Source: Selaginella moellendorffii (taxonomy: Eukaryota; Plantae; Lycopodiophyta). From it: 64,000 nt of DNA. The stretch lies in contig NW_003314303.1 in the NCBI RefSeq assembly GCF_000143415.4, positions 1,266,004-1,330,003 of the forward strand, read 5' to 3'. Under the pieces are notes generated by a model, which saw only the letters and a list, made by a program, of their open reading frames with translations, was not told the origin of the DNA and did not search any database. Positions 24,490 through 36,239 of this stretch are shown here, piece after piece. The position numbers were made by a program, and so were the translations under genes. The first letter of the stretch is position 1, and each line of letters opens with the position of its first letter.

Positions 24490-26496
24490 TTATCTCAGAT
24501 CAATAACATCGAATTTCACTTTGGGGTCTAGATATACATGGCTGGTTCTATGGTACAGTGCCGTTCCATCGCTTGTTGGATCGTGCCCATGGAAGCCACG
24601 CTTGGAGCATTGCTGGATTACGTTCATTCCACCAGGGTCGGAGAGCCGAAAAATTCCAAAGTTTCTGCAAGAACAAAAGAATTCTCTCAGCTAGAGTTGA
24701 GCCAAACCATGGAGAAATCTACTCACTTGGATGCGTCTTGCGGTGCCATCACGATCGCTATCGCTTCTGGCAACATCACCTGTGATGGAAAAGCTTGTTT
24801 CTTTTCGCAACGAAATAAAGAACACTGTGTACCTGGTAAGAGTAGTGTGTATGAACGTCGACGGATGACATGAAACAGGATTGCGTGGGATGTGTCTGCG
24901 GAAAAAGTGAGTTTGAGCTTCACAGAAAATGGAACGTCTAGTGCTTACGTGAATCCATCCCAGTTGAAATAGGCCACGCTTGTCTTGAGCGAAGAAAATC
25001 TCTTCCTCGTCTATCGTCTCGCACTGCAAGTAACTAAATAAGTTTCGTTACGTGATATTGATCGCTTACGGTATTGGCAGTCGCTTGTTGCTTCGGAATG
25101 ATCAGGGCAGTCACAAAGAAATTCCCGCCTTCCTACAATCGCAAAAGACTACTATGAAAAATGCGATGTAAGCGCAAGTAGTTCGTACCAGGGAGCCGGC
25201 TAAAACCCCACAAGTCTCAATGTTTTTTGACGTGTTGGACTTCGCCATCCTCATAAACTCGTTCATCAGTGAAGATGACTGCAACGACACTCGTAAGCGT
25301 CAAAGAAAAAAATGAACTTATAATCGTTACCATATGCAAGTGCTTGGGTTCCTTTGACGGTAATGCATCGATTTCCAACGACAAGTCAGGCTCATTACTG
25401 ACGGGCGAGCAGCTCTCTTGCGACATTTCAACTGGAACGGAGACAGGGGGAGGGGAGAGCTGATTTACTAGATCAAATTGCGAGGGTGGCTCCACTGGTT
25501 GAAGTAGAGTCACGACATCTTCATCCTTTTGGTCCAAAACAGCTTCTAGAGCCTCAGGTTGAGTGGGCGGCGTTACACTGTTGAAAAACAAAACTTTAGC
25601 ATCTTCTTTTTCTCTCTCGGTAAATGACCAATACCTGTTTGCTTCCGGAGGAGCGGGGTCGAAAAGGCATGGATATTGGATCTAAATTGCATGCTGTCAA
25701 TGCCGCAGTAAGTACAATTTCGCAAACCTTAAAAGGCTCCAAGGGCTTCGAAATGTGAGGCTTCGAGACGAGAAAAGAATGTCTAGCTATGGTCTCAGCA
25801 CTGGGAGTGGGAAGCCTCCACGACCTGCATTTAAACAAAGAAAAACTCTAAGTACCGTATAAAGATCAGCAGCAGACATTACTAACAACTTGTTTTCGAA
25901 CAAGGAAGCCTTATATACATTTCCGTTATTATCTTGAGAACTTAAAACAGGTTGTTGTTTCTCCTGGAAACCAAAAGAGCTCGAACAAGCATACAGAACA
26001 AAAGAGAGACATACCTGACGAACTGGAATTGCTTGCCTAGTTGCCAGCTGATTTCTCGCACGAACCAGCGATTGTACATCAGGTTTTAGCGTTTCCAGCT
26101 CTTGCAAAGCCTCCACAAGTTTCTGAGCCACCACTGATCAGATTCATGAGCCTGGAGGAATAGATGAACTCACTTACTCTTTTCAAATGCAACTTATCCA
26201 GATGGTTGCTTCCCAGGTACTGTCGATGATCCGGAATGGTTTCCGACACCAAGCTGGCGTACCGCAACAGCAACACATAGAGCTCCAGTGTATTAGCCTC
26301 ACGCCTATAGACACTAGCCTGCCAAGAACAAACCCCAAATCACTGAGCGAGAATTCTCCCAATCAATCCTCCCAATACCTGTTTGAGGATGTTATCGGCT
26401 GTGCGGAAGTAGATCTTAAGCGACAGGCGATGATCCACGCGCCGCCGGGGAGCGAATGCCTCCACCGAGAACGCATCGCCATCCGCTGGCGCCATT
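24490..26496 (-). CDS. AMSH-like deubiquitinase (USP8-dimer N-domain plus JAMM/MPN+), multi-exon
   Basis: KIYFRTADNILKQ, LRYASLVSETIPDH, NLETCGVLAG, LGWIHTHP, MLPEAIAIVMAP, KFDVIDLR*. Confidence 0.9.
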
Positions 26497-26782
26497 GCGC
26501 TCTCCAAAAACCCTAGAAACCAATCCCCTGTTGAAGAGAGAAGAAAAAACAAAGAAAGTTCTTGCGTGTAAACCAACGACTAGGATCGACCAATCTCGGC
26601 CGTCCAAATCCTGCATAGAGATACAAAAAAAAAAGACCAAAACAAAACAAAGAAAAAAAAAACTTCACACTGTTAGAGAGAGAATAAGAACAACAACGTA
26701 GAACAAACGAAGAACACTGGATGGACGACTGCGTTTTACAAATAGAAGACGATGTGAAGATAGCTGGAAAAAATTCCGCGCG

Positions 26783-28366
26783 TTAGCCACCATAATCTTT
26801 AGCCGAGAACTTATCTTCCGGGTAGTATGTTGCCTGGACGGTCCTCTTGTCAAAGCTCCGGCCTTGCAATCCATGCCGCGCCTTGAGCGCCGAGACCAAA
26901 TCCTTGTACTCGAGGAACACCTTCCCGAGCCCCGGAGCTCCATCGCCGCGAGGAATCTCCACGCTCACCAGCGGCCCATACTTCCCACACTCCTCCTTCA
27001 TATCCTCGATGATCTCCGCGTACTCCTTCTCGTCTCGCAGCATCTCCTCGGACACGGCGTTGCAAAGGCACACCACCCGAGTCCCCAGCTCAGAGCTCTG
27101 CGGGAGAAGAACGAGCGCCGGGTTCCCGGACGAGTTCGTCGCGCGGTGGACGCGCAGGATCTTCCCCTCGAGTGGCTTCTGGTTGAGCGCTGCGCAAGCC
27201 GCGTCGGTGGATGCCGGGTTCTCGTAAACCGCGAAGCCATAGCCTTTGGACTTTCGAGTGTACGAGTCCTTGACGATGTCGAGCGCGCGGAGAGCTCCGA
27301 ATGGTTCTAGCAGCTGGCGGACCTCCGCGTCGCCCCACTCGTAAGGGAGCCCCCCGATGAAGATCCTGTCCGGTCCATCGGCGTGAGCGCGGTAGACCAA
27401 TCCAACTTTGTCGAGCCGCAGAGACGGGCTCGGCTGGGACGATCCAAACAGCATGGCGTGCTCGGGGTTGTAGTTACTGGGCCTCCGGATCCGGACTTGC
27501 GAGCCCTCGAAGATGATCCCGTCCAGAGCCATGGCGTTGCTGGCCTCCTCCACCGAGCGCATCTCAACAAACGCGTAGTTCTTGGCGTGGTCGATGAAGA
27601 CGCTCACCACGGCGTCGCCACCCTGGCCGTAAGTGTTGCCTTCGATGACTGCCATGGCGTGGTTAAAGAAGGTGGCGATCCGGGCCTCGTCCACCACGGC
27701 CGGGAGGCCGCCAACGTAGACCCGGCGAGCCGGCTTGGTGATCTGCGGCATCTGTGGCATTCGCAGCACCACCGGGAGCTGGGCTATCCCGGCTGGAAGA
27801 ACTACTGGTTGCGATGGCTGGACCTGGACCTGGACCTGCGAGGATTGCTGCTGCGATGGCTGGAGCTGCGATGCTTGCTGCGATTGCTGAAGCTGCTGAG
27901 GCTGTGCTTGCTGCTGCTGCTGCTGCTGTTGATGGTTTTGGTTCTGGCTCTCCGATCGAGAGCGCGATCTAGATCGCGGTGGCGATGGCGATGGCGATGA
28001 TTTCCCACTGCTGCTACTGTCCCTTGTTCTTCTTCTTCGCCTTCTTTCTCTACTGCCGCTACTACTGCTGCTCGGGGATCTATATCGCCGGGGACGAGGC
28101 TGGTAAGAGCTCCTACTGTGGCGTCTACTGTCGTGGTTCCTATAGCGATTCCTCTCCCTGGACCTGGAGCGCATTCTCCTGTCGTCCCGGGAGCGCGAGC
28201 GCGCTCGCCGCCGGGAGCTCCCGCTGTGCCTGTGATCGTCGTTGCGGCGGCGCTCGTCTGGATCCCGCTGGCTCCTGCGGGTGCTGCTGGGCGGAGATTT
28301 TACCTCGTTGCGCGCGGAATCGCCGTCCGGCTTAGATGGATCTGAGGTAGCGGCCCTAGGCGCCAT
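26783..28366 (-). CDS. U2AF65: Splicing factor U2AF large subunit (U2AF65), divergent intronless paralog
   Basis: RS domain, poly-Q, ARRVYVGGLP, AFVEMRSVEEASNAMALDG, RIFIGGLPY, and the UHM domain EDMKEECGKYG. Confidence 0.9.
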   Translation of the reverse strand: MAPRAATSDPSKPDGDSARNEVKSPPSSTRRSQRDPDERRRNDDHRHSGSSRRRARSRSRDDRRMRSRSRERNRYRNHDSRRHSRSSYQPRPRRYRSPSSSSSGSRERRRRRRTRDSSSSGKSSPSPSPPRSRSRSRSESQNQNHQQQQQQQQAQPQQLQQSQQASQLQPSQQQSSQVQVQVQPSQPVVLPAGIAQLPVVLRMPQMPQITKPARRVYVGGLPAVVDEARIATFFNHAMAVIEGNTYGQGGDAVVSVFIDHAKNYAFVEMRSVEEASNAMALDGIIFEGSQVRIRRPSNYNPEHAMLFGSSQPSPSLRLDKVGLVYRAHADGPDRIFIGGLPYEWGDAEVRQLLEPFGALRALDIVKDSYTRKSKGYGFAVYENPASTDAACAALNQKPLEGKILRVHRATNSSGNPALVLLPQSSELGTRVVCLCNAVSEEMLRDEKEYAEIIEDMKEECGKYGPLVSVEIPRGDGAPGLGKVFLEYKDLVSALKARHGLQGRSFDKRTVQATYYPEDKFSAKDYGG

Positions 28367-28956
28367 GACGCTCAAGAACCCTAGCTCTTCCCCCCTTTGT
28401 GTGTTTTAGTACAGTCAGGTAGGGTTCTACCTATAATCGAATCGATTCGATGGCCGCGGCCTCGAGCAAGCGAGCGCCAGCAAGGATTGTATCGCATTTC
28501 AATCCCTTCCTCTGGATCATCGCATTCCAGAGCGCGCCATGGCAGGCGCAGTGGCGAAATCTCCTCACCGTGGTCTCGATCATCGCCATCGCAATGCTCG
28601 ATGGCGCGAATCTATGCCCTGGATTTCCTCCACCAGTGATGGCAGCATATACCCGGGGCGGGCATCTCCATCCAATCGAAGAACACCGATGAATGATGGT
28701 AGCGATGGATTCCAGGCAAATCGAACGATGCCAGCTCTGCCATATCAGGCGGGGATCCGACGGCTCCGGCTGCCCGCCACGCCAGCAAATAAGGCGGGTA
28801 GGGTTCCAAGCTCTAGGGTTTGGTGTGTGTGGGAAGAAGCTCTGTGTCGAGGTAAGCGGCCGCTCGCTGGCTCTTGTTTCTCTCTGCTGATTCTCGGCGC
28901 CAGGATTCCCTCCAGATTCTAGGTTTCTTATGCTGTTCTGAGGCGATTTCCGGGGT

Positions 28957-30453
28957 ATGGCAGGGTACGAGGACGATCCTCCCGCAAGAGAGCAGCCGCA
29001 GAATGGGTCGGCCTATGATCGAGAGGGCGAGAGGGATCGTCACAGCCGAGACAGGGATTTCGGCGGCCGGGATCGCGAGAGACGGCACCACCGGGACAGG
29101 GAAAGGGGCGACAGGGGCGGCGAGAAAGAAAAGGAAGAGGGCCGCTACGACAGGGACAGGGATCACCACCACCGCAAGGGCGGCCACCACGATCGCAAGC
29201 ACCACAAGCGCCAGTCGAGATCACACTCGAGGTCCCGCGGCAAGTCCCGCGAGCACGACCACTCGAGATCGCGCTCGCGGTCCCGGTCGGGGTCCGAGGA
29301 TCGCCGGGCCAAGAGGGCGAGTGGATTCGACGTGCCTCCGACCTCCACGACGCAGGTGCTCGCCAACCCCCCCGGCTTCTTCCCCGCGGTGATGCCGCCG
29401 CTGGCGGCCTTTGCCATGCCTCCGCAAACCATGACCCAGCAGGCCACTCGCCACGCCCGCCAAGTCTACGTCGGCGGCCTCCCGGGGCTCGTGAACGAGC
29501 AAACCATCGCCACCTTTTTCAACCAGGTGATGGTGAATGTCGGGGGCAACACCGCCGGCCCCGGGGACGTGGTCGTGAACGTCTACATAAACCAGGAGAA
29601 GAAGTTCGCGTTTGTGGAGATGAGGACGGTGGAGGAGGCGAGCAACGCCATGGCCCTGGACGGGATCAGCTTCCAGGGCGTGTCGGTGAGAGTGAGGAGG
29701 CCGAGTGACTACAACCCGTCGGTGGCTGCGAACCTCGGCCCCAGCCAGCCGAGTCCGAGCCTCAACCTCGCCGCCGTCGGGCTCACCCCCGGGGCCGGAG
29801 GCGGCGTTGACGGCCCCGACAGGATCTTTGTCGGGGGCCTGCCGTACTACCTGACCGAGCCGCAGATCCGGGAGCTGCTGGAGTCGTTTGGCCCGCTTCG
29901 TGGGTTTGATCTCGTCAAGGACCGCGAGTCCGGGAACTCGAAAGGCTATGGCTTCTGCGTGTACCAGGATCCAAACGTGACGGACGTGGCCTGCGCGGCG
30001 CTCAACGGGCTGAAGATGGGGGACAGGACTCTGACGGTGCGGCGGGCGACGGCAAACGGGCAGCAGGCCGGGCAGGATCACGCTCACATCCTCAGCCTCG
30101 CCAAGAGCTTGACGATGAACGGCGTGTTCCCGGACGAGGGCGCGACGAGGGTGCTGTGCCTCAAGGAGGCGGTGCTGGAGGCGGAGCTCATCGAGGACGA
30201 GCAGTTTGACGAGATACTGGAGGACATGCGCGACGAGTGCGGCAAGTTTGGGACGGTGCTCCACTTGGTGATACCGCGGCCGTCGCAGGCGGCTGAGGTG
30301 GACGGCGTGGGGAAGGTTTTCGTGCACTTTGAGGATACCGGCGCCGCGACGCGGGCGAGGATATCGCTCAACGGCAGGAAGTTTGATGGGAGGGCGGTGG
30401 TGGCGACTTACTACCCGGAGGAACAGTTCATGGTGGGGGATTTCAGTGGTTGA
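28957..30453 (+). CDS. U2AF65: Splicing factor U2AF large subunit (U2AF65), intronless CDS
   Basis: RS domain, KRASGFDVPP, TQQATRHARQVYVGGLP, RRPSDYNP, RIFVGGLPYY, EDMRDECGKFG. A probable 5' UTR intron lies at 28853-28922. Confidence 0.93.
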   Translation: MAGYEDDPPAREQPQNGSAYDREGERDRHSRDRDFGGRDRERRHHRDRERGDRGGEKEKEEGRYDRDRDHHHRKGGHHDRKHHKRQSRSHSRSRGKSREHDHSRSRSRSRSGSEDRRAKRASGFDVPPTSTTQVLANPPGFFPAVMPPLAAFAMPPQTMTQQATRHARQVYVGGLPGLVNEQTIATFFNQVMVNVGGNTAGPGDVVVNVYINQEKKFAFVEMRTVEEASNAMALDGISFQGVSVRVRRPSDYNPSVAANLGPSQPSPSLNLAAVGLTPGAGGGVDGPDRIFVGGLPYYLTEPQIRELLESFGPLRGFDLVKDRESGNSKGYGFCVYQDPNVTDVACAALNGLKMGDRTLTVRRATANGQQAGQDHAHILSLAKSLTMNGVFPDEGATRVLCLKEAVLEAELIEDEQFDEILEDMRDECGKFGTVLHLVIPRPSQAAEVDGVGKVFVHFEDTGAATRARISLNGRKFDGRAVVATYYPEEQFMVGDFSG

Positions 30454-30808
30454 GTCGAAGAGGATGGTCTGGTCGACAAGCACAGGCGCAGGCTACACAC
30501 TCGAGAGAGGCAGAAGGGGAAAAGCTCGTTTTGGTCGGCTGGTTTTGTTTCTTGGGTCTTGCAATGATCGAGCGAGACTATGGTTCGTGAGATGGAATTC
30601 AAGGGGTACCAGCCGGGCTGCTCTTGTAGTGTTCTCACGGTTTTCTTTTTTCTCTCTTTCGTTACTACTTGATAAGTTTGCGTTTGATGTGTAGGAATGA
30701 ATGGGAGGAGCAACCTCCCAGGTATGTCTCTGTTTTACTTTTCTTTTCTTTCGATTTCACAGAACTTTGGAGTTGTGCGTTCCAGTACTATCCAGGTACA
30801 CTCTTGGA

Positions 30809-31671
30809 TCATATCCCTTGGCTAAAGTTTGCTAAAGCTTGCTTCATTGTAGGATACGTGAAAGGAGCAGCTGCATGGCAATTGGAGTATTTGTCCACGA
30901 ACTGGATCATCTCTCCGTACGAGTAATCCATTTCTCCCTCGACCTTTGGAAACGGCAAGGAATGGCCTCGATCTGGATACTCGACAAGCTTTGCATCCTT
31001 TCCAGCTTTCGGGAGCTCTTGGTAGTACTCCACTTGGCGGCTGTAGAGCAAGTCTCGAACCAGCAGCAGCGATGGCGGCATTGGATCGATATCTCCTCGG
31101 CACTCGGGACTCTGCAGTAGTCATGGTCGCGGCTGGCACCCTCGGGGAGACAAAGTCGCCAGAGAGCATCGCAGTAGCGTGAGAACGTCGGGCCGCTGGA
31201 GCGACTGGATCTCGGACTTGGATCTCTCCTCGGCTCCAAAGAATGGAACTACTGTGGGATGAGTCCTTCGATCCCCAGCGGCGAGAGGTGGCAGTGGGTC
31301 AATCGGGCAGCCATGTCCTTCCGGAGCTGATGGCCGGGAGAAATCCACGTTCTGGAGCCAGGGGTCGCGATCCACGGGCGATTGCTGGGCCTGGGACTGA
31401 AGCCACTGAAGAGACACGAAAGAATCGTCACCCCATCTTTTGGGAGATGGCACCGCAAAGATATTGGAAAATGTCCAAAGCATGGGAGAAGGCGACGAAT
31501 CCACTGCCATGGAAGTAGACGAGTAGCGCGCGCTTGCCGGTGGTAGCCGATCTGATTCGAGCCCATATTCCCGTTCCTCGCTCCAGGATCACGCCCTTGC
31601 ATCCAAATTCGCCCTTGTTGAAGCTCGGACAATCCGGGCACTACATCGCCCAGCAGCTCGCAATTGGCCAT
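30809..31671 (-). pseudogene. Carboxylesterase (CXE/HSL, GID1-like fold) pseudogene
   Basis: Pieces LVYFHGSGF, DPWLQNVDFSR, PFFGAEERSKSE, LWRLCLPEGASRDHDYC, DLLYSRQVEY and LVEYPDRGH lie in different frames with no intron signals. TATA-like run at 31710-31721. Confidence 0.8.
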
Positions 31672-32921
31672 CGCCCACACAGAAAACAAAAGTATTGGAG
31701 AGGCATCTGTATATATATAAAGCGAGGAGCGGAGGTCTGTAGCCGTCTGATCGCAGGCATGGGGAGGCTTGGTATCCACGGTGGGGGAAAAATAACGTGT
31801 AGCAATGCTCTCCTGGGCACATGCCACATAAAATTTAGGGTTGTGCACAATTATTTGGAAGATGTGTGCTCAACAAGTTGTAGGCTTCATCCTATGGCTT
31901 GTGCTTTTAGAATTGACCAGCACTAGAACTACTCCAGATCTTCCAAGACCAATACCAAGAAACTAAGTTATGCATTGGCACTTCCTAACATGTGGTTGGT
32001 GAGTTTAGTCACTGAGAGCAACTTGAGACTGCTGCGTTGGGTGTTTGCCAGCCAATGAAATGAAAGCATGCTGGCTAGGACAGAGGAACACCTATTTGAC
32101 ACTGAAAAAAGGCCACATCATGATAGCTGTTGGGACAAGGTTCCATGGCTTTGTTGGTGGCTCTGTTTGATTGAGAGATTGGAAGAAAAATGTTCTTTTA
32201 TGTGTTCTATTCTTTAGCATGAATGCATTTCCAATGGAACTCCAACACTTGGTTTCTAACGCTGCATTGCTTTCCTTAACACAGATTTGATTTTATTTAT
32301 CAAAGAATGGATACTAACGCACTATAAACCAAAATTATGTTATTTTATTAGATAAGTTTAGCTTATGAATACACTAGATAATTTAGAAATATAGTTTTAT
32401 GACACTAGAACACTATAAACTATGTGTATTATGGGAATGGAATATAGAAATATGCATATCAATTTGCCCAAAAACCCTAGTTTATATATAAAACTGAGTA
32501 CTTCAAATTAAAACCAATCCAATTTTTATTAAAATCCTAGTATACTAATATTAATATACAACATTATAATTGTACGCTTATACTTCACATCATCCCCTCC
32601 TCTCAAAAGGATAGAAAGCAATTAAGTTCTTTGGTTGACAAGCTAAAATCTAAAGGAACATCAAGATGAGGGATTAATGAATTTATAAGTAGTGTTAATT
32701 GTTCTTTATCCCTTTGTATGAAGCATTTTAGTTAATGCATATGCACAAATCAGCATATTGAACATTTGGGAAAATGAATTAATATTGTCATCCACTTTAT
32801 ACTCTATAATGAACAATAATAGGAATTGTAGCATTATTATTGTCCCATTTATATGCAACCCAACAAACTCTAGTCAAACTAATAGAAGAATGTTCATTAT
32901 ATATAAATCCTAAAATCTAAC

Positions 32922-33114
32922 TGTAAGCAACTAAAGAGAATAACTCAAAAGATAATTTATGATGTTTAAATATAAAAGGAAAAGGCCCATAAATAAGAGT
33001 GCACTTCTTTTTCCAATCAGTTAAAAGTCTTGGGATACTTAAGGGTAAATATCTTTGGGTTTGAATAGTATTGAGACAGGTGACCTCCTAGAAGTCTAAA
33101 TTCAAGAGCTTACA
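32922..33114 (+). mobile_element. Solo LTR of the 5S-rRNA-containing (Cassandra-like) TRIM
   Basis: TGTAAGC...GCTTACA, 193 bp, colinear with 55535-55728. Flanked by ctaac/ctagc (5-bp TSD with one mismatch). Confidence 0.85.
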
Positions 33115-36100
33115 CTAGCATTAGCAACTCGTTAAAAGGAAGTATTTAACAGTTATCACGGATGCACTAACAAAATCATTGACTTCCAGTAATTATATGC
33201 AATAATGATGTAGGTTAGGGTTATGAATCAGCTAGCAAGTAACCTGTTCACAACTATAGTTAGCTTGGCTACAACTCTTCTACATACTTCAGTTTAGGCT
33301 ATAGCACTACTCTATAGTTGGTGCTCATTGTGGTATATGTGTGGTTGACTGCTACCAGCTTTGTGTGTTCTATATACAATTGTCAAGGGCAGGTGTGTGG
33401 TGAGTTCTTTTGAGTTCTAGCAGTCTGATTCTAACAATCTTTAGTACTTGTTTGTGCCTCATATCTGTGAAGAACGAAAACAAGAATTAGTTCAATCAAA
33501 GTTTGGTTTGTTTTTCTCTTATTTTGTAGGATGGTGGACATGGTATGGGCAATCATGATGCATGGTGACCATGGCTTTGGCACTTATGGCAAGTAGCAAC
33601 TTCTAAAACTATAGTTGTGAAGCTATAAAATGTGAGCTTACAATACTCCCAGCAAGAACACCTAAAAGTCAAACTTTCAAGCCTAGCAAGAACACCCAAA
33701 AATAGGTTAAGGCAACCCAATTATTTTGATTTAATTTCTCAATTGATAACTATTTAGGGATTCTCATGGTTGAGTAAAGGCTTGTGATTGTTTGGAGTGG
33801 ACCTTTTGAGCAGTAGTTCAGTTCTCGCAGGAAAGTGCTAACATAAGTATGAGGTTTCCTCCAAGAACATTTGCATCCTGGACTGGAATTTTTCTTCATT
33901 ATTTTATTATATTAATAGTATATTAATACTTTTTTCTAGTACAAACTATAGCTATGAATAATTTTGAAGTATGTTTTAGTTACTAAGGTGGACAATGTAA
34001 ATAGAAAATATTCATAGTTTATTAAAAAACTATATATAATAACTCTATAAGGGGTTAATGGGATTCTTGTGGGAAAAGGAAAAGTAATTAACTAAGAATT
34101 TAAAAAAAAAACATATAACTGTGGTAAATACAGGTCTATACATAAATTATAACAAAAAACACCATTTGAGAAAGGTTATGAATATATATACTATCTTTGG
34201 GACAAGATTGATAGTATTTTTCTCCTCAAAAAATATGCATGAATGTGTTATCACTCAATCATACAAGAGACAACTAGTGAAAAAGAATCCCCAAATGCAC
34301 ACAAAGTTGTTATAAACAGTACACCTATTATATTACATGATATTAATGAAACACAAACTCGCATACATGTTAGACTCCTTGGAGGAAGATGTACATGCTA
34401 AGGATAGCCTTACATGTGAGTTGTTTGGTGACTTAACCCCACAGGACATTGATAAAATTGGCAATGGACATTGACAAACATGAGGAAGTCCTTAACATTT
34501 CACATGTTATAAAATAATTGAACTAGATAATGTAGAAAGAAGAAAAATAGATATATAAAGTGTGTTCTACTTTATAATAAAATATGCAATAATATATTCT
34601 TTAAATATTACTTTCACGACTCATCAATGATAGTGAGAATGTGAAATCAATAAAATCCGTTGATACAAGTAGAAGAAAAACTAGTACATCGAAATATATT
34701 CTACTTTCAAATAAAACATGGAATTAATATATTCTTTGAATAGTGCCTTTAGGATCTTAGCAACTTGTTAGAAATGTTAATTTGATAATGGTCTATCTTA
34801 AAACGATATTCAAAAGGAAAATGACAAATATGATAGCTAAAGAAGCTGTCTTGTGAAATAGATTGTGTTTACAATTGATGTGTTAGTGGAAGATAATATG
34901 TTCACAAAAATGAACTACTGCTCACAAATGGAATTATTGTTGATGTGCTGGTAAAGGAGAAAGTATTCACAAATGGAGCTACTACAAATGTGTTGGTTTG
35001 AAGAGAAGGTGTTCATAAGTGGAGTTCCTGATGGATTTATAAATGTTGAGCATACTAAAAATATTGAAGAAAACCCCATTCATAATGGACATGATAAACA
35101 TAATGTGGATATGGTTTATAAGCCCAAAATGGATGATCTAGAGATAGTAAAGGAATCATTGTTTACAAGTGAAGTTCTTATTGAAATTGAAAAAGATTAT
35201 AAACAATGAGGACATGAAAATTGCTAAGGAGATAATATTGACAAATAGAGTAGAAATGTTAAGTGAAAATGGACTTGAAGAATTTTTCTAAAAATCTGGT
35301 GTTGAAAAAAAAAAAGACTATAAATCAAGCAATACAACATCAAAAGAGTCCATATATACTTGAGTGTATGTTTAATGACTTTATATGACCAATATATATT
35401 AGAAATATGTGGCAAGCCTGTTAGTCCACTTCCCTCAACCTAATTTAAGTGATAGAGGTAGTTCTAGAGGAAATTATGGCATACAAAAATCTAAAATATG
35501 CTATTTAATTTGAGGTTTCTTATATCTACTTTTAATGACTCATCTTTCCTGGAATAAATTAATTGAAAAGCATCCATGGCTTTCATCTTCATTCTTATGC
35601 ATATCAATGCCAAAAACCTCCTTGTTAGAACTAGATATGTATATGTTTTCCTATGTTTACCTTAAATTCCTCATCTTTCCTAGTAAGTGTTTTTTGGGAC
35701 CTCTATAATCAATAGCCTTACCATGAATGTTTATGCTTCATATAATTTATATTTATCAGTTTCAAAAAATTTATGAGGAAATAAAATTATGTCTTACATA
35801 TCTTATTGGGAATAAAAAATACTAAAGTAAATAGCACAATCCAGATTTAAATCTCCAACAACTTGCATAACAAAGAGTGCATAAAAGCAATGTTAATTCT
35901 TGAAAATGCACCCATTTTAAAGGATTATTTGGCTCAATAATTCTAGAACCACATTAGCACCTTAACATATGAATGCATAAAAATTTTAAATTTGTTGCAA
36001 ATATTCGTAAACCTTAGTAGTTTGAGCACTTTATTTTATGCCCATCTTATAATATTCAATAGTGATGATGTAAAGTTAAAGCCAAAATTAAATAGTCTTT

Positions 36101-36239
36101 TGTGTCAAAAAGATCAATGTACTCAAGCTTAAAGCTTATGCACTACATATAAAGCAATTCAATATTGGAATTTTAAGCCAAATTTATGATGTGTTGTATA
36201 ATAGATATTATATTATAAATATGAGAATTTTTATTAATT

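Noticed and set aside
28450-28692. Small ORF between the U2AF65 genes
   Set aside because: No motif or homology evidence; expected by chance in GC-rich promoter DNA.
29221-30483. Long antisense ORFs (also 38151-39086, 45262-46312, 15246-15794)
   Set aside because: They are shadows of GC-rich coding strands and show no recognisable motifs.
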